DNA of 26,030 bases from a virus (taxonomy: Duplodnaviria > Caudoviricetes): the IMG/VR virus record IMGVR_UViG_3300032243_000848, positions 1-26,030 of that record; one strand, given 5' to 3'. Positions 14,084-23,156 of the stretch are shown here, piece after piece (the first letter of the stretch is position 1; each line of letters starts with the position of its first letter). Under the pieces are notes generated by a model. The model had not been told where the DNA came from. It did no database searches and was given only the letters and a program-made list of their open reading frames with translations. Both the position numbers and the translations under genes were made by a program.

Positions 14084-15078
14084 TACTGCTTGCGATTACG
14101 AATCATTGCCAAAATATCTTCGGCACGTTGACTGCTGGGCTTGGCCGCAGGAGCTGCTACTGGAGCCTCTGCTGCTTCGGCTGCGTCATCTTCCCAAGGA
14201 GCAGATTCTGCCACTGGTGCTGGGGCAGGTGCCGCTTTTGCCACTGGAGCAGGTGCGGATTGTGCCGCTGGTTTATCACCGCCGGCAATTTGTAAACCTG
14301 CTGGTTTGTAGTAGGCGCCCCAACGATCCGCATCATACGGTTGCCCGTCGACACTTGCTTCAAACATTTCTTTGATAATTTTCAATTCAGCTTCGCTGGG
14401 CTTCTTGGGTAAGAAGTCTGCCAAGTTAAATAGGCCGAATTTTTCAATTGCGGCTGCTTCATCTGCGGTTAGTGCGCTTTCTTTACGTGCCCAAGTGCTG
14501 GTGCTGTAGTCAGCATAGCCACCTTTGCTGGTTTTCTTGATGTTGAAATCAAGTCCGCCTTCATAGTCTGTGGGCAAATTTTCCAATTCAGGATCCATCA
14601 GCGCATTTTTAACCAAGTTAAAAATCTGTGGGCTAATGATAAATCTACGGATTGGATTCTCTGGTGTTTTGTCATCGTTCCAAGGATTGTCACGCACAAA
14701 GCCTTGGAACAAATAAGATTTCTTTTTCCAGTACTTACGACCCATTTCTTCCAAAGAAGAGTCTTTGAACCAAGTGCGTACTTCTGCCAGGACAGGACAG
14801 GCCTCTCCGTACATTTCAACACAGGGTACTTGTACCACAATGGGCTTGCTGTCAACTTGACCTTTAACGCCTGCAAAAGGCAGTTTGATCATAAGTCGTT
14901 CGACCCAGAAAAAAGTATTTTTGGTATTGGCGTCTGGGAGGAATCTAACGCGAGAAGTTGTGCCTTCTGCTATATTCCAATGTGCATAGATTGCACTATC
15001 TCCGCCTGTTTGTGAACCGCCTTGACGGTTTTCTGATGCTTGTAATTTTGCGCGGATTTCCGCTAAAGATGTTGCCAT
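14083..15078 (-). CDS. Single-stranded DNA-binding protein (T4 gp32-like)
   Basis: RVRFLPD, CPV, KYWKKKSY, G.DF.IKK..KGGYADYS.S, Ala/Pro-rich linker, DILAMIRNR tail. Confidence 0.9.
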   Translation of the reverse strand: MATSLAEIRAKLQASENRQGGSQTGGDSAIYAHWNIAEGTTSRVRFLPDANTKNTFFWVERLMIKLPFAGVKGQVDSKPIVVQVPCVEMYGEACPVLAEVRTWFKDSSLEEMGRKYWKKKSYLFQGFVRDNPWNDDKTPENPIRRFIISPQIFNLVKNALMDPELENLPTDYEGGLDFNIKKTSKGGYADYSTSTWARKESALTADEAAAIEKFGLFNLADFLPKKPSEAELKIIKEMFEASVDGQPYDADRWGAYYKPAGLQIAGGDKPAAQSAPAPVAKAAPAPAPVAESAPWEDDAAEAAEAPVAAPAAKPSSQRAEDILAMIRNRKQ

Positions 15079-15201
15079 AATGTTCTCCTATAATTTAAGA
15101 TGGTCTTTATTGTGCCTAGATACCCTATACAACTTTGCATAGTGTAACAATATTATTTAGTCTGTTAAGACGAAAAGTATATTTTTTATTGGCCACACGT
15201 T

Positions 15202-15230
15202 AGTGTAGCAGTTGTATATTATAAAATCAA
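15202..15230 (-). promoter_or_regulatory. sigma70-like promoter upstream of gp32
   Basis: TTGATT-17 nt-TACACT with TGn; late box CTAAATA at 15154-15160. Confidence 0.55.
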
Positions 15231-15231
15231 C

Positions 15232-16644
15232 TTATTTGGTTAAACCGGCTAACCATTTGAGAGAATCCAAACTTTCGGCTACACCGTGATCTGGAAATTC
15301 TCTATCCTGTCCCGCGGCACCGTATTGATTACCAAATTCTGGATCACGCACTGCCATTGGCGGAAATTCTGCTCTTGGATTGTCCGCGGCTATGATGTCT
15401 TTGGCTCTCTCCAATTCTTCTCTACTTTGGAAAAAGTAAGTGCCTTCGCTGAAAACAAATTCGAAATCGTTGGCATTAAACAGTTGTGATACTTTCTCGT
15501 CGCCCGCATCTCCGTCGATTACATTGCCGTCGCTGTCTTTGTTATTGGCGCTGATGCTATTGGCCAAAGGACTATTGTTATTAACTTCTATAGGTTCGCC
15601 TTCTGATTCATCAATCAAATTGTTGGCCCAGGCTTCAAATTCTTCTCCCACACGGTTACGCTTTTTGTCATAAGCACGTTGTACTACAGGAAGTGCATCC
15701 ATCAGACGATCATCAAATACACGTTTAACAAACCGTTCTTTGAGGGCTGCCAAATCAAAGTCATCTTCCATTAATTCTGGTTGCCATAGTTTACGATATT
15801 CGTCATAGCCACGCGAGCTCTTGATAGTATGTAAGTCTCTGTGTAAACTGCCATAATGATCAATGGCAGCCTCAACCATACTGTTGGTTTCAGTATCTTC
15901 AAATGTACGGCCTCGCATATTGCGAACAAACAACTTTAGGTCGTTCATTTCTTTAATAACCCGACCAATATGATGTCCAAAGTCATCTTGAATTAGTCCG
16001 CCCTTACGCACGTGATTGGCATAAGCACGAGCGCCATTGAATGTGGTGCCTTCGGGTAATCTAAAGCGTTCACCCAAGGAATTCTCGATGTAGAAACATT
16101 CAACATTACGACTTCTTGCACCGGGCTTTGTTTCGTCCACAATCTTTTTACTATGGCGAGCTATGATGCGTACATTCTCAAGAGTCTGATATGTACTGCG
16201 ACTAGTTCCAAAAGGTCTTGATAATCTACTTTCTGTGACCTTAATATCGTCTTTATCAAGGATTTCAGCGTCTTTGTTAGCGTGTTTTAAGTCTCGTAGG
16301 TCTAACCCACTCTTGGCAATATCTCTGATATCAAATGTTAATAAATTGCGTTTGGCGAACTTGCGTAGGCCTTTTAAGAAATCATACCAAGAATCTTTTT
16401 CATCGTCGGTCATATCCTCGTCTAAGTCTTTGTCAAAATAGACTTTAAGGTTGTTATCGTCCACGAGACTTAGGGTTATGTTTCCGATTGGGCGGCCGCT
16501 GGGAACACTATAGTCAAAATTGAAAAAACGTGCATTTTCAGGGTCTAGTGTACTTTTGGCATTTTCATCGCCTATACTGACTCCGTCAAAGCGGCTACGG
16601 ATTTTGTCAAACAAATTTTCGGCGATTTTTTCAATTTCTAGCAT
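15232..16644 (-). CDS. Conserved-type phage structural/hypothetical protein
   Basis: 470-aa ORF; TATAAATA (16651-16658) 6 nt before ATG; ends ESLDSLKWLAGL. Confidence 0.8.
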   Translation of the reverse strand: MLEIEKIAENLFDKIRSRFDGVSIGDENAKSTLDPENARFFNFDYSVPSGRPIGNITLSLVDDNNLKVYFDKDLDEDMTDDEKDSWYDFLKGLRKFAKRNLLTFDIRDIAKSGLDLRDLKHANKDAEILDKDDIKVTESRLSRPFGTSRSTYQTLENVRIIARHSKKIVDETKPGARSRNVECFYIENSLGERFRLPEGTTFNGARAYANHVRKGGLIQDDFGHHIGRVIKEMNDLKLFVRNMRGRTFEDTETNSMVEAAIDHYGSLHRDLHTIKSSRGYDEYRKLWQPELMEDDFDLAALKERFVKRVFDDRLMDALPVVQRAYDKKRNRVGEEFEAWANNLIDESEGEPIEVNNNSPLANSISANNKDSDGNVIDGDAGDEKVSQLFNANDFEFVFSEGTYFFQSREELERAKDIIAADNPRAEFPPMAVRDPEFGNQYGAAGQDREFPDHGVAESLDSLKWLAGLTK

Positions 16645-16687
16645 AGTATATATTTATACGTTTGGGAAGAACCAGTTATGCCTGCTA

Positions 16688-18253
16688 TCACAGCATAATA
16701 AAGGGCATTGGCATAAGCATATTGTCAGTATTGTCTTTTAAATGCTCATCTAAATTAGGATCAAATTCGCGCAAGAATACTGCCATACGAATTGCCAATA
16801 GCATAGACATAACCAAATCATCGGTCTCGCCTATTTTGGCTGCAAATCCGCTGCCCGACGCAACAAATGTTTTGAGTTCACTGATTAATGGTTTGCTGGC
16901 AATATGTAGTTTGCGTGTTTCGACTAAATTTTTAAATTTGGCGCAGGCGCTGAGTTTGCTTTTATTGGTAGTATTGAATCCCTTGCGATATCTAGTACCT
17001 CCGCCCATATTCTTGGGCTCACTTAAAAATATACCTTTGATATTTTCTTCTCCGTATTCAGCTATGGATACCAATGCCGCTTCACCTAAGGTATTGTTTT
17101 CCACACTATAATAGATGTCTGTTTCAACTGATATCTGTTCGGCAATATATTTTGTAATTTCGCTTAACATTTTTACCTGTTGTTGTACAGGTGTTTTATT
17201 GTGTTGCCATTCGGCAACCTGTCGCATAGTGGGTAGTTCTAAGACTTGAATGGCCGAAGGGTCACCACCTGTGCCCAAACTAGGGTCCAAAGCTACCAAA
17301 TATATGTTGCCCTTCTTGGGTTTGTCATACCAACGTATTTGTCCCTGCTTGGATATTGGATCAATACCAGACATCTCTATTAGGTTCAGGGGATTAATTA
17401 ATGTTTCATCGAAAATAATGAATTCGCATTCCATCTCACGACGAAAGCGTTCCTCACCCAACTGTGCTCTCATTTCGTCGGCCCACTTGTCATCCCTATC
17501 CGGATGTTCTTGCCATTTGCTCTGATAAGCACGAAATCCGTTGGCACCCAATTCTGTTTCATTACCATTGTCGTCAAACCGTTTATTGGCCTGTCGCCAA
17601 ATTTGTGCAAATTGATCTTCGTCACTGTTGGGTGTACTTGTGATAATACACTTACCACCAGTGGCCAGTGTAGGGCTAATAGAAGTCCAAAACTCTGACG
17701 CAATGGTGGGGCGAACGAATGCAAACTCATCACAGTACAGTAAGGATATACTCATACCACGACCAGTATTTTCTGTAGTTGTGGCACTGACTATACGTGA
17801 ACCGTTGTCGAAGTCTATACTGCCCTTGTTATAACTTGTTACGCCTGCTCGTATAAAGTTAGGTACACTTTCGTATGCGTATCGAATACGCTGCATAATT
17901 TCCTGCGAGCCCGTGTACTTGTGTGCGGCCACCAGAATAGTACTATCTGGAACGAACATAGCATACCAAAGTAAGTAACCGGCGGCTGTTGTGGATTTAC
18001 CAGTCTGGCGGGGCATCATACTGATACTGAAACGATAGTTGTGATATGTCTGCACCAGGCGGCGCTGATAGGTAAAAGGCTTGTATACCATACGACCCCT
18101 GGTGGGGTGCTGAATGTAAAAATAGTTATCCAGAAAGTGTTGAGGACCTGTAACGGGGTCAGCACATTTTACGATCTCTTTAATTTGAGATTCAGTGTAA
18201 CTTTCCCTCATATTTGGTTTTTTAATTAAAACCGTCTCTAACAGTTGTGCCAT
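16688..18253 (-). CDS. Terminase large subunit (T4 gp17-like)
   Basis: PRQTGKS Walker A, LLYCDEFAF Walker B, IITSTPN, DPSLGTGGD and DDLVM nuclease motifs. Confidence 0.97.
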   Translation of the reverse strand: MAQLLETVLIKKPNMRESYTESQIKEIVKCADPVTGPQHFLDNYFYIQHPTRGRMVYKPFTYQRRLVQTYHNYRFSISMMPRQTGKSTTAAGYLLWYAMFVPDSTILVAAHKYTGSQEIMQRIRYAYESVPNFIRAGVTSYNKGSIDFDNGSRIVSATTTENTGRGMSISLLYCDEFAFVRPTIASEFWTSISPTLATGGKCIITSTPNSDEDQFAQIWRQANKRFDDNGNETELGANGFRAYQSKWQEHPDRDDKWADEMRAQLGEERFRREMECEFIIFDETLINPLNLIEMSGIDPISKQGQIRWYDKPKKGNIYLVALDPSLGTGGDPSAIQVLELPTMRQVAEWQHNKTPVQQQVKMLSEITKYIAEQISVETDIYYSVENNTLGEAALVSIAEYGEENIKGIFLSEPKNMGGGTRYRKGFNTTNKSKLSACAKFKNLVETRKLHIASKPLISELKTFVASGSGFAAKIGETDDLVMSMLLAIRMAVFLREFDPNLDEHLKDNTDNMLMPMPFIML

Positions 18254-18260
18254 AGCGTGT

Positions 18261-18289
18261 TTGACTTAAATAAATGTATACTGTACAAT
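18261..18289 (+). promoter_or_regulatory. sigma70 promoter for HNH gene
   Basis: TTGACT-17 nt-TACAAT; the opposite strand has TATAAATA (18297-18304) facing the terminase. Confidence 0.65.
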
Positions 18290-18327
18290 ATACAGATATT
18301 TATAACTTAAATGAGTGAGATTTCGAA

Positions 18328-18852
18328 TTGTCAGATGTACTACTACTGAATAGTGATTATAATCCAATTAGCATTTTACCCCTCAGCGTGATCAGCTGGC
18401 AACACGCCGTCAAGTTATATTTCTTAGATCGAATTACTGTGGTTGAAGAATACGACGACTGGATAATCCGCAGTGAAAAATTCAGTATGAATGTTCCCTG
18501 TGTAGCTGTGACCAAAGACTATTTTCATTTTAAAAAGAGTGCCAAATTTAGCCGTACCAATATGTTTCTACGTGATATGTATCAATGTCAATATTGTGCG
18601 GAAGTATTTGATCACAAGGACTTGACATTGGACCACGTGATTCCCCGAGCCGAGGGTGGCAAAACAACCTGGGAAAATAGTGTCACTGCCTGTAAGTCTT
18701 GTAACCATAGAAAAGGTCATAAGATGATTAAACCTCTGCGGGCACCATATAAACCAGATCATTTTCAATTGATTAAAAAGTGGAAAGAACGTACTGTACA
18801 GGTACGTCACGCCAGCTGGTATCAGTACCTGGGAATCGAACCTAAGGTTTAA
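18328..18852 (+). CDS. HNH endonuclease
   Basis: RD..CQYC, TLDHVIPR..GG..TWEN.VTACKSCNHRKG. Confidence 0.92.
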   Translation: MSDVLLLNSDYNPISILPLSVISWQHAVKLYFLDRITVVEEYDDWIIRSEKFSMNVPCVAVTKDYFHFKKSAKFSRTNMFLRDMYQCQYCAEVFDHKDLTLDHVIPRAEGGKTTWENSVTACKSCNHRKGHKMIKPLRAPYKPDHFQLIKKWKERTVQVRHASWYQYLGIEPKV

Positions 18853-19508
18853 TATCCTGCTTTTATCATTATATCGTATAATTTTCCTGCTGGTAAATCG
18901 TTAAACGATACAAGTAAAGATGTTCGGCAACCACCGCGATATGGTGTATGAACGCTGTGCAGTGATTCGTGATCAAATACATACCATTTGTTTTCTTCAA
19001 GCGTACATTCTTTGACCATATAAAGTTGATCGTAGTCAGGCGGTACATATTTGTACTCTCCGTCTTTATAATGTTTAAATTGCTCAGTGGGTTCCCACCA
19101 TCTAGTAGTGCTGGCGTTGGATTGAATCAAATAAAATAAACTGCTAACTCTAATAAAATCTCTATGCGGAGAATAGTTTTCTGAATTGGTAATAGTTTGA
19201 AATTGTATACTAGGATTAAATTTCTTTAATTCGTCAGGTAATGATTTTAAAATTCCCAGCATAACAACATCAGAATGCCCGTAGGGTTGTAATTGTGCTA
19301 TTCTAGTACTCATTACTTTCTTAAAGATTTTAAAAGTTTCCTTGTTATAAATGTCATTTTCTACGTATTGGTCTGCCATTGCCGCTGCTATTAGATTACC
19401 AAAAAAACTATTATTATCTGGCCACGATTTTTCCTTTACTTCTTTATATATTTTATCTAATAGAATAGGATGCAGTCGGAAATTGATTTCTTCTATGTAC
19501 TTGAACAT
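18849..19508 (-). CDS. 2OG-Fe(II) oxygenase-like protein
   Basis: PHRD, WYVFDHESLHSV, RTSL; TAAATA 4 nt before ATG. Confidence 0.65.
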   Translation of the reverse strand: MFKYIEEINFRLHPILLDKIYKEVKEKSWPDNNSFFGNLIAAAMADQYVENDIYNKETFKIFKKVMSTRIAQLQPYGHSDVVMLGILKSLPDELKKFNPSIQFQTITNSENYSPHRDFIRVSSLFYLIQSNASTTRWWEPTEQFKHYKDGEYKYVPPDYDQLYMVKECTLEENKWYVFDHESLHSVHTPYRGGCRTSLLVSFNDLPAGKLYDIMIKAGY

Positions 19509-19520
19509 TGTTTATTTAAA

Positions 19521-19727
19521 TCAGATAGGGGGCTCGCCAGTCAGATATGGCTTGCTGAACCAAAGTTTGAACCACACATCTGTACCTGGTTTGATATCAT
19601 TGTCGCGCATCAATTGTGCTTTTTCATTTCCTGTAACACTAATATTACTGCCGGCATAGCCCAGGTATTCGCTCCACTGTGGACGAGCGATGCCTGCTAA
19701 CATTTTTAATTCAGCTATTTCGTCCAT
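19521..19727 (-). CDS. Small hypothetical protein (68 aa)
   Basis: In the operon; starts MDEIAELKMLAGI. Confidence 0.75.
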   Translation of the reverse strand: MDEIAELKMLAGIARPQWSEYLGYAGSNISVTGNEKAQLMRDNDIKPGTDVWFKLWFSKPYLTGEPPI

Positions 19728-19881
19728 TTTTATCTTGGTTTAACATCATTCTTATGACCAGTGCCACCCGACTGGGTTCTTTGCTGACTAATTTTTTGAC
19801 TGCCGCTACTTTAACATCTTTATCAGGACTATCAAATAAATCGTCAGGTATTACCAACTTGGGTTTATTTGTAGTAGTCAT
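19711..19881 (-). CDS. 56-aa peptide resembling the FliF C-terminal helix pair
   Basis: TAATG-coupled to the upstream gene and fills the operon gap; MTTTNKPKLVIPDDLFDSPDKDVKVAAVKKLVSKEPSRVALVIRMMLNQDKNGRNS. Confidence 0.65.
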   Translation of the reverse strand: MTTTNKPKLVIPDDLFDSPDKDVKVAAVKKLVSKEPSRVALVIRMMLNQDKNGRNS

Positions 19882-20258
19882 TATCGTTTTAGTAGTTTAA
19901 TTGCACCTTTTGGTTGAAATGGACTTTGCTTGTTGACGTCCGTCGCTTCTTGTGATTTGCGTGTGGCTATACTATGTGCGCCAGCAGCGTAATCTTTACC
20001 TATTAATTTTAATGCCAGTTGAACTGTTTCGTCGTCAGCATCTGTGTAACCCACAATGCTCATATTTTCACCAAATGCGCTTTCAGTATTGTAAGGTTCT
20101 TGTGTACGGGCACTGGCCAAGGCCAATCCCATTCTATACTGTAGGTAAGGATCCTGATTGGGCAAGTTGGGCAGTTCCCAGGTTGTGGGCATAGCACGAG
20201 CCACCGCTGGTGCCAAACTACCAGTACCGCCCTCACTGAGGATTTCCTTAATTTTCAT
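19881..20258 (-). CDS. Putative head/internal virion protein (paralog of 20255-20641)
   Basis: MKIKEILSE N-terminus; shared motifs with the neighbouring gene. Confidence 0.8.
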   Translation of the reverse strand: MKIKEILSEGGTGSLAPAVARAMPTTWELPNLPNQDPYLQYRMGLALASARTQEPYNTESAFGENMSIVGYTDADDETVQLALKLIGKDYAAGAHSIATRKSQEATDVNKQSPFQPKGAIKLLKR

Positions 20259-20641
20259 TTAGATTTTTTCTTAACTCTAATGGGCCCAGGATTAGGGTGG
20301 GGACTCACTTTATGGGTATCGTCGGGTTCCCTGCTCTTACGTTCCTTAGATATGGGTTTATGGTCAGTAGGAACCGTGGCCATAGCGGCGTGTACCATAT
20401 TATGTTCTTCGTCTGTATAAGGATGAGTTGTATTATATTTCTCTACCCAACTGGCCGCATCCATATCCACTGGTTTGGTACTTTTGCCGTCGGCCATAGC
20501 CATAGCCATCATAAGTCTGTTCATATGATAAACACGATCATACCCGCCCTGATCACGAACTTTATCTATATGGCCTTGCACAGCCAGATGATCTGGATGG
20601 ACTGTGCCAATGCTTTCTTCAATGATGTCTTTTATTTTCAT
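20255..20641 (-). CDS. Putative head/internal virion protein
   Basis: MKIKDIIEE N-terminus; ATGA-coupled. Confidence 0.8.
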   Translation of the reverse strand: MKIKDIIEESIGTVHPDHLAVQGHIDKVRDQGGYDRVYHMNRLMMAMAMADGKSTKPVDMDAASWVEKYNTTHPYTDEEHNMVHAAMATVPTDHKPISKERKSREPDDTHKVSPHPNPGPIRVKKKSK

Positions 20642-23154
20642 TTTTTAATTTTAATGGCTTCGTATTCTCGCATCATTTTAAGACTACGATTTTCACCCAG
20701 TGGGTTATCACCGTTTTTCCAGGTTGGTCTATCGCCGTGCATTCTCTTTTCGCCAAAATCGCCGTCGCCGCCTTTGGTCAACTTTTGTGTGCCATATACG
20801 TGCTCTTCAGGAGTGGTGTTGGCTTCGTAACGGCTGTCTTCATCAACTTCTTTGGGAGAAGCAATCATATCTTCGTCCATTGCTTCATCATCGCCTGTGG
20901 TTACAACCATAACGCCTTCTGGCTCAACTGGTTCTTGTTGTGGCAGGTCGCCGCCGCCCATACCAGCTAGTTTAAGCATCTGCATTAGTTCTAATGCGCT
21001 GTTGCCGTCAGCAGTAATAGTAACACTCTTGTGACCATCGCTGTCCATACTGGTGTTGATATTCATTTTGCCGGCCTGTTCTTCTTGGCCCATACCATTA
21101 CCCATTGGGCTCATAGTCATACACTCGTCAACTTTTTTAGCAGTATCGCAGGAACATTTGCTTTCATACATACCGCATTCCATACACTTTTCTTCTTTAC
21201 AAACGCAAGGATCTTCGTGGCAGGCCTTGCAGGTACTTTCTTTTAGTCGACCAGCTTTTTTGGCCGCCGCAATTTTACTTCCCAGATATTCTTCTTTACC
21301 TGTTTCAACTTTGCCGTCATTATCATAATCGTTGTCGGCCTTTTCATCAGCCTTAGATTCTACCACAGGCAGGCCTGCAATACGACGCATTTGATTTAGT
21401 GCTTCATCTATGTCTTTGGTTTTTACAGCGTTGGTGCCAGGAATTTTTTCGCCAACTTTAATATCATCGTCAGCTAGACCTTTGGTAAACAGGTTGCCTT
21501 CTTCCATATCAGCTTCATCAACTGGTACTGGTGCAGGCACTCCTTTTTCCCCTGCCTTGGGAGCATCTGCATTCCAAACTCCGCCTTTAATAGTGCCCAT
21601 TGGAGCAGATGACGGTGCTGTTGGTGCAGGTGCTGGTTTAACTGTGGGGAATGTTTTTGTCACACGCGGTGTTGGTACACCTTCTGGGTCCATTGGGGCC
21701 GGTACCTTACCTGGTTTGTCAACAAATACACCGCCTTCAATACGACCTTCGTCTAGTGCAGGGAATATGGCCTGTACTTTATCCTGTAGCCATTGTGTTG
21801 GATCGCCTGTACGTGCTTTGGCTACACCGTAGGGCATTTCGTCCATATAGTAATCATACAATACATCAAATAGGTTATCACCAAAATCATCACCTGTCTT
21901 CAGTGTATTTTCCAACTGTCTATACATATGAGCACCAATGTGGCTCTTCAATTGTTCTTGTTCGTAACTCAATTGAGTTTCATCGCCTTCGCCCATAATG
22001 CTTTCAAATACATCATCTACCATACGGTTAATGGTTCGGTGACTTTCAAAAGCGCTCTTCTTGGGACGACCACGACCACGTTTTTCTTGGGCGTTGCCTT
22101 CGCTGTCGTTACCTGTTTCGTCGCTCTCACCACTCTTGGCATTGTACTTGCGAGAATAAACTGTACCAGTGCTGATAGACTTCTTGTCAAATTTGCCAGT
22201 GCCCTTTTCCTTCTCAGCCTGCTTCTTGGCGTCGGCCACAGTTGGGAATCCTTCGCCCAATGCACCTGCAACGTCACCCTTGGCTAACTTACTTAAAGGA
22301 CCACCGATATCTTGCTTAACTTTTTGCATAAAGTTCTTTGGTTGTGCGGCACGATTGGCCATACGTTGTTCAGCATCACGAGCACGATTTTGAACACCCA
22401 TCTCACGTGTCTTGCCAATCATTTCTAATTCTTTTGGATGAGGTTTTTCACCTTCATTCTCACGATATAAAAGACTTGTACTTCCGTCAATGTCATCATA
22501 TTTTTTAGTTGGCTTGTCTAACTTTTTGACTGTTTGTTTTGCAGGATAATAACCAGTCTTGGCTTTTTTATCAGTACCGTGAATAGTTGGCTTTTCAACT
22601 TTTGGATCAACGTTGGCAAATGGATCGTGTGCATCTTCTTTCTTGATGTATCGATCTTTGATACGACCTTTTTCTTCTTCGTCGGCACCTTCGCGGCCAG
22701 CTTTTTGCAAGGCTTCAAATCCATCCTTACCGTACTTTTTAATACCGGTATATCTTTGTAGGCCATTTTCTTTGACCGGATAGCGTTTGCCGTCTACTTC
22801 AAATTCATCTTGCCCAGCGTTAATTGCATCTTGACGATTACCGCTGAACTCGTTACCTTCTTCCATTTCAGCTTCGCCCATTTTCTTACCAGCGGCTGCT
22901 GCTTTTTGAAAGGCCTCCTTGCCGTATTTTTTACGACCAATGCTGGCAGCCAGTGCTTCGGGATTGTCAACGCCGCCTTGCTTTTTCAGTGCACCAACAG
23001 TCTTTTTAAAGCCCATATACTTTTCGTTAAGTACTTCTTCCATAGTGGATTCAAGCAAATTCTTTTGCTTGGGTTCAGCAGACTTAGCTGGCTCTTGCGG
23101 GCTTAACTTGTTAAGTTTGTTTAGAATGTTATATAAATTATTGTGATCGGTCAT
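20638..23154 (-). CDS. Large acidic modular protein, probable prohead-protease-processed head protein
   Basis: 838 aa; many hydrophobic-x-E sites; AT-hook KRGRGRPKK; DYDNDG; Cys clusters. Confidence 0.85.
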   Translation of the reverse strand: MTDHNNLYNILNKLNKLSPQEPAKSAEPKQKNLLESTMEEVLNEKYMGFKKTVGALKKQGGVDNPEALAASIGRKKYGKEAFQKAAAAGKKMGEAEMEEGNEFSGNRQDAINAGQDEFEVDGKRYPVKENGLQRYTGIKKYGKDGFEALQKAGREGADEEEKGRIKDRYIKKEDAHDPFANVDPKVEKPTIHGTDKKAKTGYYPAKQTVKKLDKPTKKYDDIDGSTSLLYRENEGEKPHPKELEMIGKTREMGVQNRARDAEQRMANRAAQPKNFMQKVKQDIGGPLSKLAKGDVAGALGEGFPTVADAKKQAEKEKGTGKFDKKSISTGTVYSRKYNAKSGESDETGNDSEGNAQEKRGRGRPKKSAFESHRTINRMVDDVFESIMGEGDETQLSYEQEQLKSHIGAHMYRQLENTLKTGDDFGDNLFDVLYDYYMDEMPYGVAKARTGDPTQWLQDKVQAIFPALDEGRIEGGVFVDKPGKVPAPMDPEGVPTPRVTKTFPTVKPAPAPTAPSSAPMGTIKGGVWNADAPKAGEKGVPAPVPVDEADMEEGNLFTKGLADDDIKVGEKIPGTNAVKTKDIDEALNQMRRIAGLPVVESKADEKADNDYDNDGKVETGKEEYLGSKIAAAKKAGRLKESTCKACHEDPCVCKEEKCMECGMYESKCSCDTAKKVDECMTMSPMGNGMGQEEQAGKMNINTSMDSDGHKSVTITADGNSALELMQMLKLAGMGGGDLPQQEPVEPEGVMVVTTGDDEAMDEDMIASPKEVDEDSRYEANTTPEEHVYGTQKLTKGGDGDFGEKRMHGDRPTWKNGDNPLGENRSLKMMREYEAIKIKK

Positions 23155-23156
23155 TA

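Noticed and set aside
16688-18253. Intein or intron in the terminase (or in uvsX)
   Set aside because: Lengths are ordinary, motifs are contiguous, and no splicing motifs were seen.
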